Assembly: GCF_036321535.1 (NCBI RefSeq)
Contig: NC_087436.1
Location: 49,354,001 to 49,418,000, forward strand
DNA: 64,000 bases
Direction: 5' to 3'
Origin: Camelus dromedarius
Taxonomy: Eukaryota
The notes below the pieces were generated by a model. That model did not search any database. It saw only the letters and a program-made list of their open reading frames with translations, and was not told the origin of the DNA. Position 1 is the stretch's first letter. Every line of letters begins with the position of its first letter. This document shows, piece after piece, positions 37,359 through 51,533 of the stretch. A program made the position numbers and the translations under genes.

Positions 37359-38079
37359 CATGATCTTTCAAGTGATCCCATATATTTAGGAAAATCCATT
37401 AAGCCAAAGGCCTACTCTAGGCAAAACTAGAAAAAATTATCCTTCATGATTTTTTAATCTTCCCTTTAAGCCCTTGTTGATTTCTTTTTAGCACATCTAC
37501 TCCACCAAGTAGCCAGAGATTTCAGGCCTTCTTTTCCTTTTCCAATGTAAAAGCTCAGATTCAGCAAGATCTTCCCGGAGAACTCACATATAGAAGTTTA
37601 AACAATTGGTAAGTAATTTCCTGTGTGCAAGGAGTGTCTGCATTTCAGTATGTGATAATTGGTTAATTCAAAAGACTGAGGATTTAATCATGAAATGTTC
37701 AGAACAATCAGGTTAGGTGCCAGTCAGGCCCAGTGTCCCTATGAACTGCCCTGCTCAGGAAAGCAGCACCAGGCTCTATGTGCAAAATCAGGACTAATTT
37801 GACCAGAGTAGGCACCTGGCTAACTAAGGTCCACTCATCATAATGTCAATAATCTATAAGACTGACCGGTTCTTAAGGTACAAAAGGTTCTGTCCAAGAA
37901 GGGTGAGATAATTCACCCAGACAATCATCCTATCTCTTTCAGAGTTCTGTGTGGAGATTTTGGGAAGAATTTCTCAGTAAGGGTACAAGAGCAGAATGAC
38001 CACTCCTGGCAGGGAAAACAGACATGCCATGGGAGAAAGGCTACGAAGGTTATGAAAGAGAAAATAATTGGTCCCCAAG

Positions 38080-38608
38080 TGTTTTGGCTATCTGTAGCTA
38101 TATAACAAATTACCCTCAAACTCAGTGCTTTCAACAAGTTTTATATGCTCATGGATCTCGGGGTCCAGAATGGAGGCAGAGTTTGGTTGGACAGTTTTTC
38201 TGCTCCACTTGGCATGCACTATCTCATTCACTCATTTGCACTCCCTTGGTGGTTGAGCTGGACTGGACGTTCCAAGCAAGCTTTACTCACATGTCTGACA
38301 CGTAAGTGCTCCTCCACATGGATTCTCTCCCTCCACGTGGTTAGCCTGGATTCCTCCCAACATGGTGGTCTCTGGGTAGTTGTACTTCCCACATGGTGGC
38401 TGGTTTCTGAGGAATATTCCAGGAGGGGCAAAAGCAGAATATACAGATCTTTGAAGACCAGTCTTGCAAGTTGTACAGTCATTTCTGCCACATTCCATTT
38501 GTCAAAGTGTGTGATAGGGCTAGATTAGGTTCAAGGGGGAGTGGAAATAAACCTCACCTCTTGATGTGAGGTGTGGCAAGAATTCAATGATATCTTTAAG
38601 TCACCATA
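38080..38608 (-). mobile_element. MLT1 (G/H-like) MaLR solo LTR
   Basis: TAACAAATTACCCTCAAACTCAGTG...CACTCACATGTCTG-like...CATTTCTGCCACATTCCATTTGTCAAAG...CACCTCTTGATGTGAGGTGTGGCAAG. Confidence 0.8.
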
Positions 38609-40963
38609 TCAGGGTTACTTTGGAGCCACATGGTTTTCCAGTTCTGAGTCTTTGTACTATGCAAATGGAAGGTCCCAACAGAGAGCTGATTTGGGGTGGC
38701 AGTGGTGAGATTAGGGTGTGTCCAGTTCCACTTGTCATAACTTGCTGATAATCATGATGCTTATTAGTAATATTTGCTTAAATCATGCCATAAATACAAC
38801 ATCTCTCTAATCTAGGGAATCAAAAAGAGTTTTAACTTCTTTTAAAGCTCTGCTGGCAGTTATTTTCTATGGGATCCCCTTTAAATGTATTTTAAAAACT
38901 CATATTAAGTTAATAGAACAATAAAAATATAAAACAGATCTTTATGGAAGATTTCTTTTAAAAATTGTTCAGTGAATGAAAAAAGGCCTCTGGCTTGATA
39001 GTATGAGGTATAGTAGGAGTGAATCTGTGTTGAAGAGGGAATATTACAAGAATTAGACATTAATTTTATGGTGCCCCATTAACTGAGTGAGTGCACATGT
39101 AATACACATGAGTTAATTCTTTTCTGATCTACCTGAGATGACAAGGGCTTTTCAGAATAAATACTATTTTACATTTCATGGGCCAGAAGCGTATTTAGAA
39201 TATATATAGCGTATGTCTCAGGCACTTGGCAGAGTAGGGGGAGGGGAGGGAAAGGGGTGGGCAGGAGGCACATGCAGTGGCTATACTAGGATGACCAAGG
39301 GTGAGATGCCCCTGTTAATTTCTGGGAAATAAAACCCAAGGCACTTGAGGACAAGAGAAAAGTCACATTAGGGCTAGAAGACTTCTATCTTGGCCTTTTA
39401 TTTTTTCTTTCTTTCTTTCCTTTTTTTTTTAAACAAATATTTCTAAGAGAGGTTAAGAAACTTACCCAAAGTTTCACAATTCCTTGGATACAGCCCTTTG
39501 ACTTCACATATCTACTACACCATTCAAGAAAGTAACATAACATTTTCAACCTTCTAAACATCACCTCTGGTCCTGGCACTATTTATGAGACCGACTTCCC
39601 TTGTGTTTCCTTTTAAGGCAGGCTTTGATGATAATTCAAAAACAATTTCATCTGTTTTCAATCAGGTTTTCTCATCCTTTAATGTGAAGATGCCGATTTG
39701 TTAGCTCTGATTCATTAGGTCTGAGATACTGTGGTTCTCACAGGCTCCCAGGTGATGTGGATGATGCTTGCTGTGGGCCAAGCTTTGAATCTCAAAGAGT
39801 TAGGCTATTACGGTGTCAAATATTGTCCCTAAAATACCTGTGGAAATTACCAGGAAATTAATAGCAGGTATAAATGCCAAATAAATTCTACTTTCCTAGG
39901 CTAGTCAAAGATTTATTCATTTATACAAGAAATATTTATCAAGAGTGTGAAACAGTTTAGGCATTGTCTAGGAAGAGAAAAGATAAAATTTTTACTGTCA
40001 TTTCCATTATCACAATAAAACAAAGTACCACATTAGTGATTACTTAGAAGTCATTTTTGATATGTTCAAGCAGAGTTGTTTTCTAGCACACTTTGGACGT
40101 AGATTATACGTAAATATTAAAAACCCTTTTCCAAGAATAGACTCTATCAGTATATTGTTCAAGTTCCTAGAATTTAGAAATACTTCTGGAGATGACCTTC
40201 AGTGAAATTTTGCTCCAAAATAAAATTTTTTTTTTACCATTAAACAAGGGGAAAAACATGTTTACTTTTAAGTCCACAGAGGAAAGCCGGCTTATACTGC
40301 CTGGTACTTGAACTTGTTAAATGTGCACAGAATGCTTTATGTGACACTTAGGCTAGGATTGCTTGATTTGCTTCCACAGCTGGCCCATGTGGTCTTTTGT
40401 GACATAACCCAGGTCAGGTTGACCTGCCAAATAACTAAAATTGCCAAGTGCCAACCAGAAAGAGCGAACTGAATTATTATTGGTACTGTCTTCCCTCACT
40501 GCAAGGGCAGTAACCTCAGCATTTATTAATCCAAAGAGATGCTCAGTTTATCATGAACCTGGGAGCTACATCAAATGTATAACTGTACCTCTGACAGCAA
40601 GAGTGAGATTTGCTGAGCCTTGAAACTCTCTCAGCACATCCTTAGGAGATACAACTTTGTAGCTATCAGTTGGTGGCTGTGAGAGTTAAACAAACAAAAA
40701 AAGCAGTCATGCTATTGCAACAGGGATTGCCCCAATCTCTCCTTTCAGTTAATGAAGTGTTGAAAGTTCAACACCCAAGTTCTTTGTGGAACTAACAAGA
40801 AACAAACGAATACTAGTTGCTGGAATGAAGACTTTAGGATTTAAAGCTTATTCACCATCATGCCATCAAGACTGCATTAGGCATTGTCCAGGAAAGAAAA
40901 GATAAATTTTTTTGTATGCATTTACTAGTTCACTATTTATTTATTTATTCATGCATATCTTTT

Positions 40964-41093
40964 TTTTGGTGGGGGGAGGTAATTAGATTTATTTATGTAT
41001 TTGTTTATTTTAAAGTGAAGGTACTGGGGATTGAACCTAGGACCTCGTGCATGCTAAGCATGTGCTCTAACACTGAACTATACCCTCCCCCAC
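40964..41093 (-). mobile_element. Vic-1-type SINE (long-tail form)
   Basis: GGGGGAGGTAATTAGATTTATTT...GGTACTGGGGATTGAACCTAGGACCTCGTGCATGCTAAGCATG...CTATACCCTCCCC; perfect TSD CATGCATATCTTTT (40950-40963 / 41094-41107). Confidence 0.92.
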
Positions 41094-41884
41094 CATGCAT
41101 ATCTTTTGATCACATAAAGTGTGAGCAAAGATAGTGCCACTTGTTTCTCTGCTGTGCTAATATACAGCCTTGTTCATATAAGTGCACAGAACTGCTTGGT
41201 GAGTAATAACAGGATGCAATCTGGATACTTATCTTCTTCTATTATTTACTTATTTTATTAGCATCACACTTTCTCTGCTTATTCCAAAGAGAAATTCTTG
41301 GCTCACTTCTTGACTTCTTGATAATGGCTGGATTAGACAATTAGAGCAGTCCCTCAGAGAAGTTTGGATGAATTCCCATGATTCCATAATTGATTTTTCT
41401 GGAAAAACAGAGGGATGCAGATTATCTAAAATGTCTCAGTATCTTCTGGGGTACTCATTCCCTGGATGTTGCTGTTGTGACTACAGCAAGACACATCGGG
41501 GAAGCGAACTCTTTCAGCACTGGTGTTAGGAGGACCAAAATTTACTCTTCATTTTCTCCTCAATCACATTTATTCTCTGGGACAAAAGAAGTAACCTATC
41601 TGGATATAACTTTGTAAAGTTTCTCCTGTAAAATCTCCCACAACCCTATTTTTGTGTTATTTAAAATAAAATCATATATGGTGATAGAAGTAGGACATTA
41701 AAGATGTCTTCGAGGAATATTATGCATTGAATATTCTGGCTATAACATAAATGAGCCCAAATTTAGAACCAAGCCCTACAGTATTAAAAGATGTTTCTTA
41801 TTCTGACTACCCCGAGACCCAACTGCTTGTTGTATCAAAGTGGCAGATGGAAGAGAACAACCCCAGTCCCTGATGGTCCCCTCG

Positions 41885-42150
41885 CATCGCTGTATGCCAG
41901 GCACTGGGCGAACGGCTTCATATGCATCAACTCATTTCATTAAAAATTTTTAAGTAAAAAACTCATTTCATCTCTATGATAACCCTATAAAGTAGGTAAT
42001 TTTTTTTACCCGCTTTATAGATGGGGAAATAAAGGTGCAGAAAGATATTAAGAAATATTTCCAAGGATATTCAACTAGTACAGACAAAATGTATCCAAGC
42101 CCAGGCTTACCTAGCTCTAGAGTCCTTATTCTAACTGCTGGTACACTATG
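41885..42150 (-). mobile_element. MIR SINE
   Basis: TGTATGCCAGGCACTGGGC...TTTATAGATGGGGAAATAAAGGTGCAGAAAG...CCCAGGCTTACCTAGCTCTAGAGTCC. Confidence 0.75.
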
Positions 42151-43689
42151 GGGCCCTTCTAATCCAAGCTTCCTCCAAATTCCCTCAAACAGAAGTGTTG
42201 CCAGTACCAGAATCCCCTTGTAAAGGTGAAAACCTAGAATAATTGCTCTCATCAAATTGGCACATATAGTTTTTCTAATCTTGTAAATAAAGTCTTGTAA
42301 TAGACATTATTTGTTTACTACATTACAATGACTTGTAAATAAGTCTTTGGTGCCTTGAAAAGATGGTTTTATACCAGGCTGCAGAGTAATGGGGATTTAA
42401 TATAATTTCATATGGACAATCTGCAGCAGAGGTGAGGAGAGAATTTATATTTACTGACACCCCCAAAGTTATATTCAATTCAGTAGACTTGGCTGCATGC
42501 ATGCCCTAACCTATTTAGAGCACAATTAAACTTAAGTCTACTCTTGGAAAGGATAAACCTTACTCCCATCCCGGTTAATCCAACCGATCAATATGCTTCA
42601 TGACTTCATGACTTTACATAGCTGAATCAAAATGTAGATGCAATTGTTAATTCTATATACTTGACACTGTGAGCATTTTTCCTTCTTCTTGCATAGTTTT
42701 ATGATTTGCAAAATATTTTGTGTATTTCTTGTTCATTATGCAAATATGTCATCGTTGTTGGGCATTTTCTTTTTCCTTTCCTTAGGTTTTTCTCTCTTTC
42801 TTTCCTTGTCTCTCTCTTTTTGTTAGTGTAAGTATGTGAAATGACCGTCTTGTTATATATAGCTCACTTTTGCTTCCTTCCTTCCTTCCTCTCCCTCCCT
42901 TCTTTCTTTCCCTTCTCTCCCTCTCCCTTGCTTCTCTCGCTTTCTTTCGTTAAGCTAAATTGTGAAAAGTGATCAAAGGAAAAGAATGTTTTTGCAACTC
43001 TTGAAACCTCTTGCCAAACTATTTACCAAAAGCGCTGTACCTATTTATGCTGAAATCCACAACGTATGGGAGCACAGTTTCTTTTTATTCTTGCTGGAAC
43101 TGTTCGTTATAGTAATTTTAAACTTCAAGTAGTGATAGAATGCTTCCTCATTGGGAAAAATTCCACCTTTTTGAAAGGTTCTTTCTAAAGTTTTTCACCT
43201 TTTATATTGTTGGAGAGTTAATTTTTTGGTTATTAAAAATGTTCAATAGACTACCAAAATCAGTTTATTTTCACCATCCATATCTGCCTAAGATATATGA
43301 GACAAATGGTTCTATATGTCAAATTATCCCTCCTTGTTTGTCCACTCAAGACTTTACACTGCTACCTCAGTCTGGGAGAAGAAATCCCCCTTGCTAGCTC
43401 TTTTCTCACCACAGGCTGAATTTGCATTTAGAGGTTCCCATTTTCTTTCTCTTGACATTACCCAATAGATACCACAAAATAACTGGCTGTCGAGAACCCT
43501 TGTGGCTCTAATTACAAGGAGAGCAGTAGCCTCCAAAGAGCCTGGTGTTCTTATGTGTGAACTAATCAGCAACTAGTACTGGTTCAGGGTCAAACATTCC
43601 CCTTTGATAAAGTCCTGGGGCAGGAGGATGATGGACAGGAGTCAAGCATGCCTGAAAACTTATTTTTTTGTAAACAGTGTTACAACCTA

Positions 43690-44460
43690 TACATTCAAAA
43701 GTAATGTGAGAATAAGTTTTTTTTTAATTTTGAGAAATGTTTTTGGTTGGAAAAAAAAGTCAAACCTACAGTCAAATCCTAAGACTAATAACAATGACTT
43801 CTGTACAGCCCAGGGAACTATATTCAATATCTTATAGTAATCTATTATGAAAACAAGTATATGTATGTATATGTAGGACTGAAACATTGTGCTGTACACC
43901 AGAAATTGACACGTTGTAACTGACTATACTTTAATTAAATTGTAAATAAATAAAAAATAAAAATATTAAATTAAAAAACAAGACTAATGCAATGAACACT
44001 CACAGATTCTTCATCTACATTCACTAATTGTCAATATTTTGCCATATTTACTGTCTCTTTTTCTTTAAATAACATTTTCCCCCAAACCTGTTGAGAGTAA
44101 GTTGCATTTATCACTTTAATTTACCCATAAACACTTTAGCATATATATCTCCTAGGAACATATTCTCCTACACAAGTACAGTCTTACCACCATTCTCAGA
44201 GTATTTATTATTGGCACAACAGTGTTGTCTAATAGAGAGTCTATACCTAAATTCCCCTATTGTCCCAATGCCTTTATAATTAATAAAAATCTAAGATTTT
44301 ATCAAGAATCATGCATTTTATTTAGTCTCCTTTAATCCAGAACAGTTTCTCAGTCTTTCTTTTTTTTTTACTCTTTCATGACATTGATGTTTTTGAAGAT
44401 TCTCAGCCTTTCCCCACCGTGTTTTTTGGAATTTGGAAGCTGTCTTTCTGACTGTCGTAT
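43690..44460 (-). mobile_element. Old L1MC-like fragment hosting a young L1 tail
   Basis: AATGAACACTCACAGATTCTTCA...AATATTTTGCCATATTT...TTGAGAGTAAGTTGCA...CTCCTAGGAACA. Confidence 0.6.
43790..43979 (+). mobile_element. Short young L1 3' end
   Basis: CTGTACAGCCCAGGGAACTATATTCAATATC...GCTGTACACCAGAAATTGACAC plus A-tail; TSD AAGACTAAT (43781-43789 / 43980-43988). Confidence 0.88.
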
Positions 44461-44751
44461 CAATCTACTTTTAACACCATTTCTCTCTGTGTGTCTTTCT
44501 TTTAGATCTTCCCCCTGACACTTTGGCTCTGTATTGTCCCTTTATTTACCTAGAAAGTCCCTTTCTTCTCTTTCATCAGCTTTTGGGACTTTTTTTGTTT
44601 CACATTTATTTTGTCCCTTTCCTTGTCTTACCCAAATTTTCCCTTTCCCTGTAGGCACTGATCTGTTTCCTTGAGATAATACTATTCTTAAACATTGTAA
44701 TCAGTTTGGTATTATATATATCCTTTCTGACTCTTCAAGACTGTGTGCTCC

Positions 44752-45235
44752 CACTTAGCCATAAATAAGAAGGAAATAATGCCATTTGCGACAATGTGGA
44801 GGGACATCGAGATGATCATGTTAAGTGAAGTAAGTCAGACAGAGAAAGGCAAATATCATATGATATCATTTATATGTGGAATCTAAAAAAAATGATACAA
44901 ATGAACTTATTTACAGAAACTATTTACAGAAATAGACTCAGACATAGAAAACAAACTTATGGTTACCAAAAGGGAAAGAGGGGAGGGATAAATTAGGAGT
45001 TCGGGATTAGCATATACACACTACTATATATAAAATAGATATACAACAAGGACCTACTCTATGAATTAGGGAACTATGTTCAATATCTTGTAATAACCTA
45101 TAATGGAAAAGAATCTGAAAAAAGGGTAGACAGATAGATAGATGTATGTATAACTGAATCACTATGCTGTACACCTGAAACTAACATAACATTGTAAATC
45201 AACCGTACATCACTAAAAACAAAATAAAACAAAAA
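44752..45235 (+). mobile_element. L1 3' end
   Basis: L1 ORF2-end and 3'UTR motifs plus A-tail; TSD AAGACT(G/A)TGTG(C/A)TCC. Confidence 0.9.
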
Positions 45236-45625
45236 AAGACTATGTGATCCTTGCAAAGACAATTCTGTTTTACAAATATTTCCCTAAAAGTGTAATTTAA
45301 ATTTGCCTTAAAGAGTTATACTTGTTTTCTCTCATCTCCCCAGCTCTCTTTCCTTTCTGTAGCTCTTAACTGAAATCCTTACTTTCCAGGTTGCCCTAAA
45401 CTAGAAGTTTACTTTCATTACAATTACATTCAGTTAGATAGAGCATAATATGCTTTCCTTTACTCTTTGGTAGAAAAATGCATTTTGTCACATTTCTGGT
45501 TCAAAATTCATGAGATTCTATTTTAGTTAACACAAACCTTGATTTAAAGATTAAAAGCATGAAAATCAGCTTACCATACCTAAGCAAACACATCCGTCGA
45601 AAAATGGCTATTTAAAAATTACATC

Positions 45626-46422
45626 TCCTCACACCAGACAGAATGGCCATCATTCAAAAGTCCAGAAACGATAAATGCTGGAGAACAGGGAACTCTCCTA
45701 CATTGTTGGTGGGAAGGTAGTTTGGTGCAGCCACTGTGGAAAACACTATGGAGATTCCTTAAAAAACTAAAAATAGACTCACCGTATGATCCAAAAATCC
45801 CACTCCTGGGCATATATCTGTCGAAAACTCTAATTCAAAAAGATACATGCACCCCAATGTTCACAGCAGCACTATGTACAGTAGCCAAGACATGGAAACA
45901 ACCTAAATGTCCATCAACAGATGACTGGATAAAGAAGTAGTGGTATATTTATACAATGGAATACTACTCAGCCATAAAAAAGAATAAAATAATGCCATTT
46001 GCAGCAACATGGATGGACCTCAAGACCATCACTCCAAGTGAAGTAAGCCAGAGAGAGAAAGAAAAATACCATATGATATCGCCTATATGTGGAATCTAAA
46101 AAAAGAAAGACACAAATAAACTAATTTACAAAACAGAAACAGACTCAGACATAGACAACAAACTTACGGTTACCAGGAGGGAAAGTGGGGGCAGTAGGAA
46201 GGAATAATTTGGGAGTTTGAGATTTGCAGATACTAACTACTATGTATAAAATAGATAAACAAGTTTCTACTGTATAGCACAGGGAACTATATTCAATATC
46301 TTGTAGTAACCTAGAATGAAAAAGAATATAAGGAATATATGTGTGTATGTGTATGACTGAAACATTATGCTGTACACCAGAGATGGACACAACATTGTAA
46401 ACTGACTATACTTCAGTTAATA
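45626..46422 (+). mobile_element. 5'-truncated L1 with ORF2 C-terminal remnant
   Basis: ORF 45722-45940 ([31 protein letters not shown]...TCTPMFTAAL.TVAKTWKQPKCPSTDDWIKK) is the L1 ORF2p C-terminus; perfect TSD AAAAATTACATC (45614-45625 / 46423-46434). Confidence 0.95.
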
Positions 46423-46809
46423 AAAAATTACATCCTGATTATTTCAAGATAGTCAAATACAGTCCTATTTGTAAGCCCTGGAGGGGTCTTCGACATAATT
46501 AATTTACTCCCCAGAGTCTTCAGTTAAGGAAATTGAGAGCTCAAATCATTCAAGGTCATGATCAGTTGGTGGCAGAGACAGCCACTATAACCTGATTCTC
46601 AGTTTAGAATTATTTCTTTTGCTCTCATTATATTTAATTTAATATTTTCCTAGAAATAGTATTCGGATATATAAGAAATATTGCAAAGCACTTGGAAATG
46701 TGTGGCAACAAAATGTTAACAGGGCCAGTCACAACCTCATTAGCTGTATCCTCTGATTGCTTTAAAAATAAAGTCTGGCTTTCGTGGCTATACCTACAGA
46801 CTTAACATT

Positions 46810-47060
46810 AAATTATTGAATTATTGCCTTGTACCAGGCCCTGTTCTAGGTATTTTACATGCACTTTTCATTTCATATTTACAGCATCCCTAAAAGTTGC
46901 CTTATTATTATTATCATCCTCGTTTTACAAATGGAAACACTGAGGCACAGAGAGCATGAGTAATTTGCATAAGATTATTTATTAATTGTGCATAACGGGC
47001 TGCAAACTCACTCAGTATATTTCCAGGCTTATGCACCCAACCGCTATGATACACTGTCCC
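46810..47060 (-). mobile_element. MIR SINE
   Basis: GTACCAGGCCCTGTTCTAGG...CCTCGTTTTACAAATGGAAACACTGAGGCACAGAGAG. Confidence 0.8.
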
Positions 47061-50000
47061 TCTAAGGGCTTCAAACACAAATGCCACTCATATTCTTCCA
47101 CAGAAGTGGAAACTGAGGCATACTTACATTTTAATGATTTATTATTGCTATTCAGTCAATGAGCTGCCAATAGCTATCCCAAACTACCTTTGCCCCAAAT
47201 GAGGATTTTTCCAAAATCACAAATGTGCTATATTCTGCATTTGAAGAGAATTGCTGGTGACAATTGTGGTGAAACAGGATTTTACCGACAGTTACATTGA
47301 TTCGTCTTGTTATTTCTTTTTGCCAATGTGAATTAGCAGGACTGCTGTCTGTAGTGTATGTCCTATCATCTCTGATGATGGAATTGCTTTTTGTCCTTAT
47401 GCAGAAGCAAATCACTTGAATCTGCTAGAGACCGAATATGTATAACTAATTAACACTCCCCTTTTAAAAATAGAAAATAACACTGAACTCTGCATTTATG
47501 ATTCATTTAATCATTTGCATTAAATTGATAACAGTGTCAGTTATCACTACCACTATAAAAGAACTTTTATAAAGGTCATTAAGACTAGAAATAACAAAGT
47601 CAATAACTAAGCAGATAATAGAAAATTGAATCTTTGGCCAAGAGTATGAAGTAGAAACTACATTATCAGTTGGGGCTGACCTGACAACAGAATAAATTTT
47701 GAGCTGATGACTTAAGCCCAGAATGTTTCAGACACTTCTGGAAAGATGAACTGTTGTGTATTGTATTTGCTGAATAATGCATGACACCACAGTGACCCTT
47801 TGTTAAATTTAAGGCAAACAGGAAACGATACTTATACAGTTGGAAGAACTGGGCTGCATTTCAGCAGGTTGTGCTTCTCTCTGCCTCCTTCTCGGCTCTT
47901 TGTTGGCTCACAGATGAGGAATACCTCAAGATGAGAAGAGGCGTAGGGCCTCCTGAGACTCGCTGGGGTCTTAAAGGTGCACCTTGAGCTAGGTTTGACA
48001 CTAACACCTAACTTTTCCTGGCAATCTGGGGAATGAGAATAGTCACTAACAACTTGGAATGACTACTTATACAAAAACCGCTGGCATCTCTAATAAAATT
48101 CCCCCTGCTGTTTTGGGGGACAGCCTACACAGCAGGTAATTACAGATACGAGGCCAGAATGTAAGTCAGCCAAGACCTTATCTCAATAGCATGTCTTGCT
48201 GGAAAAATGAGGTGTAAGAGTCAAGCCCAGGAAGAGAGCAAGGCTGAGCAAGTTTCTGGAAAAAAAAGAGTTGAAGAGAGAGAGGAATAGGAGTGGAGAA
48301 TGCCAAATATAACCTCCTTTTTTGGTCTAGACACTACTAAAATTCCAGAATCTTCTATCCCGTGTTCATCATAAATTCAATAGTGAATCTTATGTGCGAT
48401 TCTAAACATGTAAGGTAGTGCCACATTTTGTTGAGAGGTTTACTGTTGAAGAGCATCAAAATGTGAGTTTGTTCTCCACGGCAAAGGCCAGGGATATAAC
48501 CTAACACTAGCATTAAGCCGTTCACTAAATTTGAATGAGCAGTGGTTTCTAGTTGGCAGGGACTGTTTCTCAAGGGACAGCTGATAAAGAAGACAGCAGT
48601 AAAAAGCTCTGTGAGGAAGAGGTAGACAAAGGCCAATGGTTCCTTATGTTGAAAGGGTGATGTGTTATATCAGAGGTCTTACCAAGAGGGTCTCTGGAAC
48701 ATGGAGGAAAATTACTGCCAGAGTAAAAGCTCTATATTTTAGTTTTAGAAAGGAAAATAAAGATTGAGATAGAAAAAGTGAATGAAAACTCTGAATGAGA
48801 AGCAGTTTTATTTAAAATGAAATGAAAAACACTTTTTTATTTGAAAATGAAATTGAAAAAATCTGAGGTTGATATATGTCACCTTTGGGTTTGAACAGCG
48901 GGAATATTCTGCTGCATATCTTGACAATTCTTGACTTATGAATGGCACGTATATCAATATATTTGTTGTCATGGGAACTATCTTCCCAGGCTACTGTGGG
49001 AGCTGCTCTCCCTCCGGCCCCCACCTTTGGTGTTTACTGTAGCTGAGGACTCAAAGAGCTTGGGTTGTATTAGTCAACATTTGGATGACCCAGGTTTTCA
49101 ACTGCAGGACTTTAAGTAGAATTTTTTTGATTCTTCTGAGAACCTGAACTATGGATTAGTGTAAAAAATGTGTTCTAACTCCAATTTGTAAATCAACTGA
49201 TTTACAAATGCATTTCGGAACACATTGTGTTTCTGATCTGAGTATTTGTAAAACTCTCTTCTCTGTGTTTATGAAAGACAGGTAATATGTCGTTCTCCAT
49301 CAAGTTCAGAAGTTTTGGGGACAGAGACGCTGTGTCTGTTTGGGCCTCTGGAGGGTAATTTAAAAGCACAAGTCTTGTTTTCCTTACTCTTGGCTCAGGC
49401 CTAAGGAACTATGTATCTCACTCCTGGCATTTGACTTAATATCTCCCTTTGGATCAATTGACAAAAATTTCATATTTATGGATTTCCTTAAAGTAAAATT
49501 TCCAACTACTTATAATTTAATGAAGAGATTCATTATTTTAATTTTTTAAAAATTCCCAGAGAAAGTTCCAAAAGCTCTCTTGGCCATTCAGATCTCCCCA
49601 GACACTTCTTAACCTGTCACTACTCCCCAGCCCTGCTGGGGCCAGTGCTGACTTCCCCATGGTGCTCCCAGGACTAGGAAGCAACTCTGCAGTCATCCTG
49701 ATGGTCAGGCGGCATATTCCCTGGTGTCAGTAACTTCAGTTTGTTTCCTGGTGTCCCTCCATTTTTTTAGATTTAGCAAGTTTATGTCTTTGTTTTGGCC
49801 TTCCTTTTAATTATTAGCTAGTTAATACCAGGTATTTTATCATCCAGTGGCTAGTAGATGAAGAGAAGGTGGTGTCAGCCTCTGGCCAGTTTTCAGGCAG
49901 CATCAAGAAGTCCATATTCAGCCTCAACCATTATTACCTTGTTTGATGTCTCAAGTGGGAGTAAAGATTAAACACAGATTATGTGTGTCAGCCTGTAGAA

Positions 50001-51533
50001 CAGGGGCCTAAAACAGAAAATAAGTCCTTGTTCCTTATATTCCATAAGATTCTGTTGTAAAATTTCTAAAGCAGAGGACTAGTGCCATTTCCCTGATTAT
50101 TTATACAAGCTCACCTACTAGGATGCATGAAGGATAGATGGGACATTTTGGGTATTTAGAAAATAAATTCCAGTTTATGCTTGAAACATGCTTCCTGGAC
50201 AACTACACATGGTACACAAAGGGCTGTTGTCATGAGAACCGTCGTCCTGGGCTACTATAAAAAGCTGTTCTTCCTCTGGTTTTCTGCCTTCAGAGTTCTC
50301 AGTAACTTAAGATTCAAATAAACCTGGGACTTAAAACTCAACTCTCAGATTGTAGTTGATAAGAATTTCTATGATGCACAGAACCTAACCACAGATATTA
50401 CAAAGCTCTATCCGCCAATCTCCAAGTAGTTGTATCCACAGATTTAGCCATAAGAATTGGACTTGGTTTGGTGGTTCCAGGACAAGTGATGGTTCATATA
50501 GTTGCTAATGTTTCTGATTCAAGGATGTCAAAAACAGATAATTTGTTATTATGCTTAGGGCTTGGTTTATGAGGCAAAACTAGGAGAAACAAAAGGAATA
50601 CAAGGACTAAAGTAGAAGCTGGTGTGGGAAGAGACTATGGTGAAAACACAAGTGGGGCAATTTATAAAGATATACAGCAAACAAGGTGTGGTGAGGTCTT
50701 GGAACATTTAAGTCAAAAGAGAAGTTATCTCAAACTCCAATAAATAAGAAAAAAAGGGGAATAAGAGGAAGTGTACTGAAAAGGACAAACCATGGAGATC
50801 TGTCCTCAGGAAATGACTAATTGAATCAAGGCCATCTTGTCTTAAAAGAAGCTCACTGGGTAGAAGGGACTTGTGGGGACGTCAGCAATATTCATACAGC
50901 CTCACAAATTAAATCTTTTCACTGTATCTGTTTTATTATAGTACATGAACAAATACAACACCAGTTCATGCTTAGTAGTCATTTCTACACTCTTCATGGA
51001 GTTTTGTAGCATAGACTTGGATGCAGGGTAACAAACTCCTTTACCTTATTATTAAAGACTCAAGAATCTGGCTACAAGCCAAATTATCATCATCTCACAC
51101 TTATTAAATATTATTGTAGTGTGTATTATACAAAGTGATAAAACTAGACATGGCTCTTACAACTTGGGAGTTTAAAATCTGAGTTAGAATATTAAAGCAT
51201 TCCAAGGTCTGTTGAAAATACCGAGTAAGCAAATACATACCCCCACCACACAAAATGCATTCCTGCAACAAAGACTTAAAAGGGGTTTTTTTCCCCACTA
51301 AGAGAATATTAGAGAAAAATAATTTTGAACTGACCTAAATCCTGATTTTATTAGCTGAAAATTTTAGAAGCTCTTATTAAAAGAAAAGATGAGTATTCCA
51401 ACAAGAGGATGGTTGACAGCATAAAACCCTAAATACAAAAGTGGTGAGTGAGATGAGTGATGGAAATAAAGGGTGACAATACTTTATTCACTCATTTTCT
51501 CATTCGCTCATTCATTCAGAAATTATTAAGTGC

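Noticed and set aside
45722..45940. ORF with real protein similarity
   Set aside because: It is an L1 ORF2 C-terminal remnant in a 5'-truncated copy, not a host gene.
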